The notes below the pieces were generated by a model that worked only from the letters and a program-made list of their open reading frames with translations, did not search any database and had not been told where the DNA came from. Shown piece after piece: positions 1-13,996 of a stretch of 64,000 nt of DNA. Location of the stretch: assembly GCF_009834535.1 (NCBI RefSeq), contig NC_045696.1, forward strand, positions 32,862,001 through 32,926,000. The letters are read 5' to 3'. Each line of letters starts with the position of its first letter. The first letter of the stretch is position 1. Both the position numbers and the translations under genes were made by a program. The stretch is from Camelus ferus. Its lineage: Eukaryota.

Positions 1-894
1 CACATTTGCTTTTGCATTTGTTTGATGGGAGTACTGAAACCTAAGAGAAAGACAAACCATTTTGAGCATATGCATACTAATTTTCTAAAGATGAAATTTT
101 GAAATATACTCAATTATCTCAGCAATTCTTGATGAATCATTAACTTATAAATGACAACATTTTCAGCCTAAAATTCAGTCAAATTTCAGCTATATATTGA
201 GCACAAAGTGTAAATTCATATTAGATGGTTTTAAAATATGGATAAATAATACTATTAATGAAATTAAAGTGTAACTCACTGTTTGAAAACACGTTCAAAA
301 TCTACTGAGTTTTTTTTTAATAGATAAAAGCATACATCAAGTATGATATGCCATTGAGTTAGTGATTCCTGATTATTGCATCTGGGCATATTTGTGATTA
401 AACAAATTTATAAATTGAATGTGTAAATTTCAAAAGTAGGTTCCTAAAACCATTGCAAGGGACTTCAAAAGTCATTTAGGACATATTTTCATGCAATGAG
501 AGGAAGACATTTAAACATTCCTGGCAGGAGACCAGGTTGCCATTAATTAAACAACATTTTTGACAGAGCCCACTCTCTCATGAGTTTCCTAATTACAATT
601 GTGAAGAGCTCAATAAATAGAAAGACAGTCTCTGTATCAAATCCAAATGGACCTCTTACTAGCTTCTCAAATTGAATGATTTGATCAGGATAAGTATGAT
701 CTCCTATTCACATGTCAGTAACCACTTCATCTACTCTCAGTGTTCTCTCGTCCAGTGAAAATACTCCCCAAATTTAAATTATATATTTATCATATGTGAT
801 TTACAGTCTTGGAACTACTTTTATTCTTTATCAAAATGTACTGTATGGATTGTCAGAGAGATGAAATTACTATATACTAATAGTATATGAGTGG

Positions 895-920
895 GTGTGT
901 GTGTGTGTGTGTGTGTGTGT
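895..920. repeat. (GT)n microsatellite
   Basis: About 13 uninterrupted GT units. Confidence 0.95.
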
Positions 921-2741
921 TTGCAGTGTTTTCCTTTCCCAGTAGTTATCTTAGTAAAAGTTTGTATGGAATTCTCAAGTTTTAGAGATTTTAGATGATC
1001 CCATCATTATATGAAGAATCTGTAGAACTCTCCCGTTTTGTAAAACTAAGGTCATGCTGATAGCTTAGATGACATAGTCAATAGAACATAATTAGCATTA
1101 CTTTTATAGATATTTCTTCTCTGCTGAATCCAAGGAGGTGTTAAGGAGAACATGTTTGTAAACAATAGATTGGTAATTCTTTTTTATAATTTAGTAACTA
1201 AGTGGAATTATGACTAGAGACAGTCTATTATCTATTGTTTTCTATCATTCCTGGGTATCAACACCAATTTTAATATAGAAGCATTAGCATATATAGATGT
1301 AGTGGTACAAATAAACCTACAGTAGCAAGGCAGAAACTATACTAACTGCTTACTAATATCGCCCCTTCCAATGCATACAGTTGGACTGTGTTTGCTAGCC
1401 TCCCTTGAAGTACGGCCATGTGTCCAGACGTGGAATGTTAACTCAAGTGATATTCGTGTTTCCAGGCCTCTGCCAGGAAAATTTGCTACCCATGCTTCCC
1501 TAGGCTCACTTCCTCTCAGAAGGTTTTCACAGTCAAAAGATGAAGATAACAGCTAATGTCACTAATACTTGTGTAGTGTACATTGCCTCCATCAGTGGCC
1601 TTGAGCAGTCCTTTACTCTGACATGTTAGAGAAACTTCCTGTACTTCAAGCCACTAAAATGCAACTCTACTGTAAAATTAGTGGGTGTAATGATACCTAG
1701 ACAGTTAACTAGAGATACGAAAGAAAATTTAAGTGCATTTGCCCTGGCTTTACAAAGTTCTTCTTGCCATATAAAATTGTAAAAGTCAAAGTAAGGTAAG
1801 CCTACTTACTATCTTAAACAGAAGGAGTAAATTTTCATAGTCTGAATCCATAGGTTTAGAAGTTTTACAGGCATGGGCTATTATATGGTGTAGGGGGATA
1901 CTCACCTGCCTTAGATGTTTAAAGTTTCAGTTACATAATTCAATTTATGTCAAAATGGAGAAAGATATTTAGAATGGGGTCAGAAAAATGAGTTTTGTGT
2001 GAATTATGAACTTTTTTTGGTTTATTTTGATCTCTTAATGATATTTTGGTACTATATAAGTAAGAAAAAAACTAGCCTAATGATTTAGAAACTAAAAATC
2101 AATAGCTGGAAACTCCTTTCAAGTCAAATTTTACAAAATGAAAATTATCAGGTGCAAAGAATCTATTAGAACATAAAAAGTTCAAAGTCATTATCATGTA
2201 AAACTGTCATTTTTTCTAGAGCATACCCTCCTTACTTATTGTATGAGATGATTCACCAGGTGCACCTGCCATTTTATTTATTCAGTGAGCTTTCACTTGT
2301 TCATTCACTCTCACCTGATGGAGAGACTGGGAATTATATTCAGAGCACTGTGCTCATGGCTGTGGGCAGTAGGTAGCAGTCTCATCCGTGGCTGGATGCT
2401 CCAGGAGATTACCATATAATAAGATAAATGGTACCTATCAGCATATAAGTAATGGACCACATAATGTTCGCTTTTAATCTCTCATTAACTCAACAAATTG
2501 TTAGTGAGCTTCATGTACTTTCTTGCCCCGAAAGCCTAAAGGAAGGAGTGAATGTAGTTTGAGGTGGACAGCATGGAAGAATTTATCAACAAAGCAATAT
2601 GTTAATTAGTTTGAATGATAAGTATGACCTGGAGACATGCAGGGAATATATGTTTTTACATAAAGAGGCATGGATTACGTTCTATATTTGAACAAATGTT
2701 CATGCATTTTTAAATTATTAGGCATTTTGAAGAGGGATGGG

Positions 2742-3804
2742 GAAATAGATCAGAAAAGTAAACGTTTCTGTTCATTAGGGCCTTATATAATGTGAGAGTT
2801 TAAATGTTACCTTACAAGAGAGATAATTGGGCAGGGATACAGATGCATTATGAATGTTGTCTGTGTGCAGAGCTTTAGGAATTTAAAAGAGTGGAAAAGT
2901 GGAGGGGTTTCCATGAGGAGGAAACTCTGAGGGACAAGACTTAGCAAAGATGAGAAGGTGGAAAGTAGAAATACCATGGAGTTTATATCCTTTCCTCAAG
3001 TATGGAAATACATTTTCCATACCCAGGCTTACTAATTTTTAGTACATGTTAGGTATGGTAACATTTTGGTTTTTTAAATGTTTCATAATAACAGATTACA
3101 AGTAGAGGAGTGAGAGTAGTGACTTTTTGTTTTTATACATTTGAAATAAGAAACTCTGGGATTTAAAAATTGAATTCTACCACTGAAAAAACTTCCTTCA
3201 AATAGTGACACAGTTTCCAGATTTATTGCTTGGGTTTTGTTCACATTTCTATTCTAAAACTCCATTTAATATGGTTTCAGTAAAAATTCAGTCCCAGCTG
3301 AAACTTGGTAGACCAAATATCAGCTCTGGAGCAATGGTTGTTTTTACCAATTTTCCAGAAGATTGATTTAGATTGTTTTATGTTGTATGACTGTAAAAGA
3401 ACAAAACACAAAAGAATTCACTAGCTTGATATTTTATTCTGTCTGTATGTGTTAACTCCTTTATTTCTGGCGGTCCATAGTAGTATCATAAATAACATAT
3501 ACTAATTATAATCAGTATATGATTATGCTATTAACAAAATACTTGAGATATTAATGAATTAACATATATTAACACTTGTAAGAAGAATGGCTAGATTTTC
3601 ATCTTAACCTTCCTCTTGTATAATATCTAGAGGCATATTTTGACGTCATACATGTCAGTACACCAACTGCAAGGTCTGAGAAGAGTCAAGAAATAGACTA
3701 GAAAAGTAAGCATGTTTCTGGTCTTTAGGGCTTTATGTGATGCGACAATTTAAATGTTATCTTACAAAAGAGATAATTGGGTAGGGATATAGGTGTATTA
3801 GGAA
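2742..3804. repeat. Diverged ~115-bp direct repeat pair (2742-2854 and 3690-3804)
   Basis: Manual alignment gives about 95 of 115 identical columns, with one 2-bp indel. Confidence 0.85.
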
Positions 3805-6639
3805 AATGAAAAGAGCCTGGAATCTGTGACGCATTTAAAACTATATTAGAGCTATTTGACTTGTTTTTCCTTTCTGGTTTATTAGGAAACAGATTTAATT
3901 AGCAAATATATATATATATTCTGATACACAAAGACAAAGTTGACCTCACTGAAGCTTTAATTCCTCATCCTAGTTTTTACCCTTGGGGATAGTATATATT
4001 TGAGCTGAAACAGAGAGCTGGCAGATGGCATGAATCAATTTGGTTAGTGATCAGTTCTAGAATGATCAGAAGGGGCAAAACAGAGTAGTTAGCACAGGTC
4101 TAAGGTTAGCATAGTGGATAGGGTACAGAGAGCAGGCCTGTTACAGAAGTCAGGAAACAAATAAGAGTGCTGGTCTGGGCAACCTTGAAACACCAAAGTC
4201 ACAACCATGGGGAGGAATACATTATTAGTCAGCAAGCAACAGAATAAAACTTGATATTGAATCAAAGGCCACGTGCAGCATTCTTATATATATCTTTCCC
4301 CTAGGCAGAACCTGGCTTCTGCACTGCTATAGCTAAACTCCCTATAGATATCAAGTGGGGACACCTGGATGGTGGACACAAGCTGAGAACACGGAGAATG
4401 AAGGCTGACATATCTGTCTTTCTTGAAAACCCATCACACTAGTGATGTTAAACTTACTTTACTCAATGAAACTTACTGGTTGGAAAATAATATGTTTAAG
4501 AAAATTTTTAGATATATGCAGTGATTGCTTTGGCTAAATCCTATTGGTGTAGGATGGTATGCTCTTGGAAATGTATGCTCAACATTGAGAATTTAAGTAG
4601 CCAAAATGACACTAGAAATTACTTGTATCATCCTCATGTAGGCTTTCCTTTAGTTCCTGTCTACAAAATATAGTGAATTATAATAAAATAATTCAGCACA
4701 TAATACTCATTTACTATATGGAATTTTCTAAAATGATGTTAATATGTACAATTATAGAATATTATATGCAAGATTGATGACCCACATGTTAAACTTAATC
4801 CAGTGAATTTTAATGGGCATCTCTATGTACTGTGATATGCGTAAAGCCTTCTGTGAAATATAAATACTTATAAAAATAAATATAAATATAAAGAGATATA
4901 ATCGTGATTTCAGAAAGTTTTAGATCAAATGGATTAACTAGGAAGAAATGCAAAAACAATGGAGATGTTATCTGCTACATTTTAATAGTCTCTGAAATGT
5001 GTTTACATCATGAAATATGTTTTTATCATTTAAGCATCCTAAAATATGACATAAAGTACTACTTACGGGAAATTAAAGATAGTTGAAAATATTTCTGGTA
5101 TGAAGTATGTGATCACCTTTATAAATATCACAACATTTAAGGAGGGAAAACTATTAGTACAAGTATGCACAAATTGCTATTATTTTCTTAAATGAATAGT
5201 GTTAGATAAATTCAATAGTATTAATGTTATTAAGTTAATTTGGTTTAAAACTAATTGATACACGATTTATTAAATATGCCAGTAACATTTGTTAGAAATA
5301 AGGGTAAAATGTGTCTAAAATTCACCAAGTAATCATCAGGAATTTTTATTTTACCCAATATGAATCCCAAATATACATTTGTATGATTGATGAACCATTT
5401 AGAACCAACGGTATGTTGGGAAAATAATTTTCACCGAGTTAAGTGCTATTTAATAGATTCTTATTCATTGGTCAGTACTTCTTATTTGCAGCTAAAATTA
5501 AATTCTCCAGAGGTCAGAGTTTTGAACTGTTAAATCACCTCACCAGTGGAGGATAGGCACCTAATGGCTGATGAACTGTGACCTCAGAGTAGCCCACTTA
5601 ACCCACTAGCTCATTTTCATCTCTGTGATGTGTGAGCAATTACCTTTCATCCCTTTATTACACATACTCATTTGTTTTCTTCAATTATTCCTGGGATAAT
5701 GTTTAAAATCTATTTTTTAATGAAATGTGTTTTTTAAAAGATAATTTAGGTAACATTCTGTATTCTCAAAGGAAAAACACCTTTTTTTTAATGATTGAAT
5801 TCACTTCAGCTGACAATATGACAATTCTTTATTGAAGTTCACTATAAATACATGGGACTTGCTATGTGGAAAATATGGGTTATTTCTGATTAACTGCTAC
5901 CTTTCGTGTTCATTTGGAAACCGTAAGATAACATGACAGTAGCTTCAGAGATCACTCATTCAGTATTTCATATAATTTTTCAAAGATCGGTCACTTTGTT
6001 AATAAATTTTGTAGCATGTTTCTAGGGCTTTTATGCTCAACAGCATCTAAACAGGGCACTTTTTTTTTTCTCCTTTTTTTTTTTTGGCTTTTCTCCTATG
6101 GGAGATCTTAGAGATGTATCAAAGAGGACTTCCTAATTCAGTTCTTTTTCACTCTGCTCTTACCGTAGACAGTTTGGCTTTCAGTTTCCATTCAGTAGTC
6201 ATTCACCAAATACCTCCCATGCAGATAGTGATGGTTCAGGGTGCTGCAATGAGCAAGACAAAGACGCCACTCACAGAGAATCCACTGAGTTATATTACAT
6301 CCCTCTTTGGACTTTTCAAGATTTCCTGTTATTCTTTCATACTTAAAATGCTGTGATAAAGTGAATTGAAGAATGACATCATAAGTATTTACAAACTTGA
6401 AAAGATAAATGCTGTAGATGTAAGATTTGCTTAAAATGTTCAATCCAGTGAGGATCTCCTCAGGCAACTCTTCTGTTTTGGAAAATAAATTATCAAGGAA
6501 ATTTATGCAATAAATAATCTATGTACTAACTATGTCAGTTTCTTGGCTTTTGGGAACATGTTTTCAAGTTTTGAGTATATATTCATATATTTCAGTTCTC
6601 TAAACCATATTCCTTATACTTTTACTCAGTTGTGTAATC

Positions 6640-6765
6640 TCTACCTAACACTTAGCAGACTGAGGTACACAATATTTAAGTGACTTACCTGGGTTCATAT
6701 GGTTAACCAATAACAAAGCTTACATTAAAATGCAGGTATTCTACTTTCAGAGCCTAATTTTTAGT
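6640..6765 (-). mobile_element. MIR SINE fragment
   Basis: actgaggtacacaatatttaagtgacttacctgggttcat...ctttcagagcc. Confidence 0.5.
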
Positions 6766-8240
6766 CAAGGTTAGTAGGGATCATGAAACAACAAAAAAAA
6801 ATTATATGATTTGGTAATCTGAGTCAATTGAGACATTTCAGACTCTAAAAATTTCAATTCTCTCAAGATTCCAAACCCCAAATATTTTAATATATCATTG
6901 CAGATTTGTTTTAAAGCACTTGACACATTACATAATATCATTAAGTTCCCATCATAATCCAAAGATGGAGATACATTATTACCCACAGAAAACCTGACCT
7001 CGTATAAGTACTTAAAGTAGATCTTTTGATTCCAAAGTTAGTGCTTTTTAGCTTTACTGCACACAAGTGGTTTAAATATGAATTTTTATATTTGTATGTA
7101 TTGAGTAATTTAATTTGATTTTGGTAATGTTATATAGTTACCATATGATAGTCTGACAAAAAGAGAGTTAAATTCCTTTTGCCAAGATTCACTGAAAATT
7201 GTAAGCTCGCTCTCCCTCTGTCAGTGGGACCTGTGTTAGAGGAAATGGAATTGAACACAGGGAGTGAGTAGCATGTTTTACCCATACAGTATCATGGCAG
7301 GAACCTGAGGTTTTCCCTTTTGGTGACTTCTTTTTTAAAAAGCCAAGAAATAAGTGATAAATTTTTTTTCTAAATCAATCATAGCTTTGAAAAATGGTTG
7401 ATATAGCATGAGGTCCTATTGAGGAAATGACAAATCTGTGTCCCACTGTTTTCCTCTTGCAACTGAACAAGGCATATATATATATTAGGGAGTGTAGGAG
7501 ATAGAGTATGAAATAGATATTTTTATAAAATGTCTGCTGTACTCTAATGGAGTTGTAAACACAATCATAGTCTAACTTCCTTATTTTTTATATTCATTAA
7601 AAAGCAGTTTTTAAAATCTTTGCAAATATGTGTCTCCTTATGAAATTAGAGTTAACAAAGAATGGTCTCAGAGGGACTGTAATCATTAAGGTGTGTGTTT
7701 TTTGAGTAAATGGGAGGATGATTTTTTTAAATACACTTAAAATCATGAAGATTTAGAATTTTCCAGAATATTTTATATTTTCTAATTGCCTGCTTCTCTC
7801 ACAAAGCACGAAGGAAAGGTACAGGCAATTTAAGAATATATGATACTTGGAATCCCTATCTTATTCTATGGCCAAGGTATATAATGAATTTTAAGCTTTG
7901 AGAACCTAACCATTTCCCCTATTCCATCAACTGTGCATAAATTTTTTAAACTGTGTTTTTAGTGTACATTCATGCCTAGTTGTGAGAAATAATATGGAGA
8001 AGTCCATGTACCCTTCACCCAAATAACATCTTGCAAAGATGTTACAACTAGAAAATTGACATTGATATAGTCCACCAATCTTATTTGGGTTTCACCAATT
8101 TTACATGCATGCATTTGTGTGTGTGTGTGTGTGTCTGTATTTAGTTTGATTCAATTTTATTACATTTGTAGGTTAATATATCCATCACCACAGTCAACAT
8201 ACAAAACAGTTCTATCACCACAAAGATCCCTTGTGCTGTG

Positions 8241-8362
8241 TTTTTTTTAATTCTTATTTTTTATTGACGTATAGTCGAAGCAATTTAGTTATACATATAC
8301 ATACATATGTATATTTTTTCAGATTATTTTCCATTGCAGCTTGTTACAAGAATTTGAATATA
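8241..8362 (-). mobile_element. Very short L1 3'-end insertion nested in an old L1M 3' end
   Basis: tttttattgacgtatagtc...gttatacatatacatacatat...ttacaagaatttgaatatag matches the 3'UTR at 9755-9892. Flanked by gctgtg at 8235-8240 and 8363-8368. Confidence 0.7.
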
Positions 8363-9710
8363 GCTGTGGTGTTATAACCACACTCATATCCCTCCCCATC
8401 CCCACCAACTCTTAACTATCCTTAACCTTTGGTAGCCACTAATCTTTTCTCTATCTCTTTCAACTTTATTTATAGAGTTTTTGATTGTATCACTTTCACT
8501 TGTATGTTTTCTTAGTAGTTGATCCAGGTATTGAAATACTATACATTTAGGACTTACCACAGTCTACCAGTTTTACCACTTCTAGTCAGGTATGGAAACC
8601 ATTAGGTTCCTTTGCCCTGTCCAGTTTTTACTTGTCTTGAGCATTCCTTCCATATGTGTTGCACACTGCATCAGTCAATGTTACAATTTTTGTTTCTAAC
8701 ATCATGTAATGGAGAAAACTCAGGAGAAGAAGGATAGTCTATATTGTATCTATCCCAATTTTTTGTTCTTTCAATTGTTCTTTTTTCCTTCTTGATGCTC
8801 CAAAATTTCTTCTATTCTGTTTGAAGAACTTGAACTTTTCTTTAAGACAGATCTGCAAGGGAAACATATTCTTAGTTTTCCTTTTTCTAAGAATATATTT
8901 CTTTCCCCTTGATACCTGGAAGTCAGTTTCGCTGGATAAGAATCCACTATCGACAGTTCTTTCGTTTCCACACTTTGAAAAATATGCCACTCCCTTTGAC
9001 CTCCATGATTTCCAATGAGAAATCTTTTATCATATGAGCTAGTGTCCTCTTACAGGTAATATATGTTTCTCTCTGGCTGCTTTCAAGGGTTTTTTTTGGT
9101 TTTTTTTTTTTCTGTTTGGATTTCAGGAGTTTAATTTTAATGTATCTTGGTAAGGACTTCTTTGGGTTTAACTTATTTCAGTTTGCTCCTCTTCTTGTTT
9201 TTGTAAATGTATTTCTTATACCAAACTTGTGAAGATTTTGATCACTATTTCTTAAATTCTTTCAGCTCCACTCTCTTTCTCTTCTTTTGGGACTCATATG
9301 GTACCAGTGTTGGATATTTTGTTATTCTCCTACAAGTCCTTGAGGCTCTGTTTTTTGTTTGTTTATTTTTGTTTGTTTGTTATTTTCCAATCTATTTTCT
9401 CTCTCTTGTTCAGAAAGGGTGAATTTTATTGTTTTATCCTTAAGTTCACTGATTATATCCACTGACATCTACATTGTACTATTAAGCCAATCTCATGAGT
9501 TGTTATGGTTATTGCATTTTGACTTCTATAATTTCCTTTTGATTCTTTTAAAATAGTTTTTATATTATTTTGCTTTCTTTATTTATTATTTGTTTTAGGA
9601 TAATTAGTTAATTATTTGTTAAAGCATTTTTAACATGGGCATGGCTTCTTTAAATTCTTTGTCAGATAATTCCAACGTCTGTTTTAACTCAGTGTTAGCA
9701 TCTATTGATT

Positions 9711-10038
9711 TTTTTTTTTGCCTTTCATTCCTTCTCAACATTTTTTATTGTTATTTTTTATTGAAGTGTAATCAGTTTGCAGTGTTAGTTTCAGATGTAT
9801 AGCAAAGCGAATCAGTTATACAAATATATACATACATATATATTTTTTCTGTTTCTTTTCCATTACAGCTCATTACAAGAAATTGAATATAGTTCCCTGT
9901 GCTATGCAGTAGATCCTTATTGTTTATCTATTTTATATATAGTAATGTATATCTGTTAATCCCAAACTCGTAGTCTATCCCCCCCAATTAGATTTTCCCC
10001 CTGGTAACCAGTTTGTTTTCTATGTCCATGAGTATGTT
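9711..10038 (-). mobile_element. Short 5'-truncated L1 3'UTR insertion nested in an old L1M
   Basis: Candidate TSD atctattgatt (9700-9710) / atctgttgatt (10039-10049), 10 of 11 matching. Body resembles the other young L1 3'UTRs. Confidence 0.82.
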
Positions 10039-11567
10039 ATCTGTTGATTATTTTTTCTCATTCAAGTTATGTTTTTCCTGGTATTTGGTGTGACCAGTGA
10101 TTTTTTTTTTTTTTATCACATCCTGGGCATTTGGCTATTATGTTAGGAGACTCCGTCCTATTTACATCTTCTGTTCTAGAAGGCAATCATTTTGTTTAGG
10201 TTTAGCACACAGATCTTGGCTTACATTTGTACACCATGACTATACCAACAACTTAATCTTCAGAGCCTTTGTGGTGCTAATCAGACACTTTGAGTTGTCT
10301 GGTTCCATGGGGAGTTGCATTCATCTCTACTGGTGCCACCTAAGAAGGCAGAGGAACTTCCTCAGGCCATATTTCCTAGTGTTCTAGTTGGGGTAAGTGG
10401 TTCTTTGGCTCATTGAAGATCATTTCAAAGGCTGAGTAATTATTATAGCAGGACTGACCCACCGTCCATGCTGCCCAATTGACCATTGCCTCTCAGGAGG
10501 GCAGGGGAGTCTCCAGCCCAGTGGGGAAGGAGATTGCTTTACATGGCACTTGGCAGTGTTGTGCTCACTTGATTACCCTTTTGGGTAGCCCAGTGTCTCC
10601 TGAAGTTCCTGGTAGGAATCCCATTTGATCTGCAATAAAAATGGGTCTACCTAGGCCACTTTCTGTTGCTGGGTTCTGTTTAGGAGAAGCCATGCCTCAG
10701 TTGCCTTCTACAGTTGGCTGGGGAGCCACTGTGTTGTTCCTCAGGTCCTGGTATCCCTAACTGGTCCTCTTTCCTCTTTCTACCTTTCAGAGTACTCCTT
10801 TGGTCACTTCTTGCTTAATTCCAGGTTTTATAACTACACTTAGTAAGGCGTAAAATGATATTTAAACTTTTTAATATTTTCCCCAAATGAGTCAAAAGGA
10901 GCATAAATCAGCAAGAAGCTAAGAGATCTTCAGTGAAAAAAGTCTTCTGTGATAGAAAAGGTGGTTTGAACCAAAGCATATAAAAGTATTTAACAGACAG
11001 GTACAGCAGAGGAAACAACCAATCAGAGCAAATTTAAACATCAGGTACCTGACTTGTTTTTCAGCTGAAAGTCAGCTCTTAATAAAAAGAAAAAAAAAAA
11101 AAGTTTAACAGGTATCTCTACTGCAGAGAACTTTCAAAATCCTAAGGTTCATTGTTGGTCTTTTAGAGGTCATGCAGCAGTCATAGTTTTCCAAATGTAT
11201 TTGTGCATAAAAGTGAACCCTTTTGTTTACAGTTTTCTTGGCACTGGTAACCAGTGAAAGACTGTGGAGGAAAGCCATTTTTATCACTATCAACATCTAC
11301 CTCATCCAAAGTGTTTTACTTACTAGATGGAATCATTTAATTAAAAAGTTATTTCTGAGAACATTAAGGAACATTTAATTCTACTTTGGTTACACAAATC
11401 TGATAAAGTATTTCAATATATTTAAACCTTCCTTTAAAACATTTCAGGAAATTAGATTTAGACATATAGCCAAAGAAAATATTTATTGTGATGTGCTAAA
11501 AATATGTAACCTAACAGTACTGACTTTTCCTGATGTTGTTCATATTTCCAATATTTTATTTTTCTAG

Positions 11568-11720
11568 CTTTAAGGGACAATAGGATCGAGCTGGTTCGGG
11601 CTTCCTGGCATGAATTGAGTATCAGCGTCAGTGATGTTTCTCTCTCTGATGAAGGACAATACACCTGTTCTTTATTTACAATGCCTGTCAAAACTTCCAA
11701 GGCCTATCTCACTGTTCTGG
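11568..11720 (+). CDS. CADM2: CADM2 internal coding exon (153 bp, phase 1-1), C-terminal half of Ig V-set domain 1
   Basis: Acceptor tttctag| and donor G|gtaagt. Translates (A)LRDNRIELVRASWHELSISVSDVSLSDEGQYTCSLFTMPVKTSKAYLTVL(G), containing the V-set DxGxYxC motif. I recognise this peptide as CADM2. Confidence 0.97.
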
Positions 11721-13858
11721 GTAAGTGCAAAGGACTAACACTATGTAATCACAAGCCAGAGAGGTGTGTACAGCAACAACAACATGAATCAATAACAAAT
11801 ATACACTTTGAGGATCATCCGAGGGCATTTTAAAAAGCCACTTAGTCACTTTTCCATTTTATAAATAAAGAGAGGTGTAAAGATTTATATGACTTCTGGA
11901 GAACACAGCCATTTTGTTTCCTGGCCAGCAACAGACACCACGTTTCTTGATTTTCAACTAAATTCCTTTGTGTCAGCTCATCTATATAATGCATATATGG
12001 TGATCCTTGTGTAAAGTGATAGAATAGTGAGCATACTGAGTTCAACGTGTCTATAGGATATGCCTCCATTTTCTCATCAGTTACCAATGAGGGTCTTCCC
12101 TAATATCTTTTGGCTGCTGGATATGACCCCTTTGTGTATTTCAGTGTCTTTAAAGGACCCTGACATTTCTACATACCTTCTTGCCTTTTGACTTTGTAGT
12201 TTTCTAGATTTCTAAATGAAGTGCATAATGTCACTTGTGCATGCATCTTGTAGCTTCTTTTTGTTTTTATTCTCTAAATATTGGACGATTTTTCTAAAGG
12301 TTATAGTGACACCAAAAAGCAATACATTCATAGAGATTCCAAGGCAATCAAGCTGCAGCTCAGACAGAGCTCTCTGTGATTCCACAGACGTCAGTGGCCC
12401 AATCAGCTGAAATTGCCGTAGTTCATTGAAACACACCTGTGTACTGAACAAGTTAGAGGAATTTAAAGATTGAGTTTTTTTCCCCTAGCTCTCCTTCCTT
12501 TTTTGATAGATAAAGGCAGAACACTGCATTTAAATGAACTAGTGCATGCTATTCTTTTGGGTGAGAATATTAAACTTAATCCTGCTAGTGAATTGGTTTT
12601 GTGCATAGGATGTGAAATATGTTTCTTTGCAAGTCCCACTGGGACTATTTTTATAAAAATCTTCTCAAGTCTGCCATTAAGGACAGTATATACCCACTAA
12701 AGGGAGTATTTCAGGATAACAATTGCCTAAGGTTAATGTATTGCTCTGTAGAGGAGCTACCTCGAGACCCCAAGGATAGACAAATGGCTAATTTCAGTTT
12801 ATTAAATAGTGGTGTGACATAATTTTTTTAAAGGCAATATGAAGGTAACCAGAAAAAAAAAAAACAACTAGTCAGCTAATCGGAAAATGTTGATCTGTCA
12901 TTTATCTTTGTTCTTGTTGTTTTAGTTTGTATTTCTTATATTGCTGCTGTCCAGTATTCTTACATTTGATGCTTTTCAAACTGAATTAAATAGTACAATA
13001 AGCTTTCAGCCTGCCTTTATGACTGAATACTTTTAGAAGAAATTTTAATAAACCTCTGTCATGACAACAGAATATGGTTGCACTCCCAAAATGTGTAGTT
13101 TTCTTTATTTCAATCACTCATATACGGGATCTGCATATTAGTTATCTGCTTATTCATTGGATGATTTGGACTCGAGAAGGTACTAAGTGGCTAGCATTAA
13201 AAATAATACATATTATGCTCCACAAAACTACAATTGCATTTCTAATACAAATGATATCAAGAGACATTCTCTACTTTAGAAGAATCAGGAAATCAGGAGT
13301 ATAGTTGCAATTATTGATGAATCCCTTATTCCAAAATGCATTTTCTAGAACAAAGTACACAGAAGATAATATGTTTTTCAGCTTTAAGAATTATGAAATC
13401 AGGAATGAAAGATGCTATTTTAGATAAATCACAATTTACTAAATAATAAAGAAATGTCCTTTGCAGAGTTTACTTCCCAATGCAAGCAATCTACCTTCTT
13501 AAATCCCCATACTGGTAAATCTTAAGATATATTGAATGGTTGCTTTTAAGATTTACAAAGAGTATTTTTACAGGTAAAATTCAATTAAAAAAAAAAGACT
13601 TTGAACTAAATGCACTTTATGTTTTCAGGATAATAAATACAAATATGCATATATGCAGACACATAAGTATGTGTGTGTATATATATACACACACACATAT
13701 TTTTATATATTTTAAATATTTTATTATATAGAAGTGTATTATTCTTGATTGAAGTTATTGTCCATTAAACACCCAGTTTAGTTTGTGAAAATAATAGTCA
13801 TAAGAACAAATCAACCCTGGTAATTGATGTTTATTTCATTTATTTGCTTAAATTTCAG

Positions 13859-13996
13859 GTGTTCCTGAGAAGCCTCAAATTAGTGGATTTTCATCACCAG
13901 TTATGGAGGGAGACTTGATGCAGCTGACTTGTAAAACATCTGGTAGTAAACCTGCAGCTGATATAAGATGGTTCAAAAATGACAAAGAGATTAAAG
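13859..13996 (+). CDS. CADM2: CADM2 internal coding exon (138 bp, phase 1-1), N-terminal half of Ig domain 2
   Basis: Acceptor atttcag| and donor G|gtaagg. Translates (G)VPEKPQISGFSSPVMEGDLMQLTCKTSGSKPAADIRWFKNDKEIK(D), with the Ig B-strand Cys and C-strand Trp. In frame with the previous exon. Absent from the ORF track. Confidence 0.97.

Larger units (their letters stand above)
7975..10850 (-). mobile_element. Old L1M (L1MB/L1MC-like): 3' end (~7975-8470) plus ORF1/5' region (~8480-10850), with two nested young insertions
   Basis: 3'-end motifs (catgtacccttcaccc, ggtagccactaatcttttctc). Antisense ORF1-region motifs (tctctggctgctttcaag, gtcagataattccaac). T-rich + strand. No open ORF. Confidence 0.7.

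Noticed and set aside
1..11567. Search for an upstream CADM2 exon or another gene
   Set aside because: Only short AT-rich chance ORFs and repeat relics; interpreted as the 3' part of a long intron.
11615..11833. ORF-track protein extending beyond YLTVLG
   Set aside because: The TTG start and the tail after 11720 are artefacts of ignoring splicing. The real exon is 11568-11720, although intronic read-through cannot be excluded.
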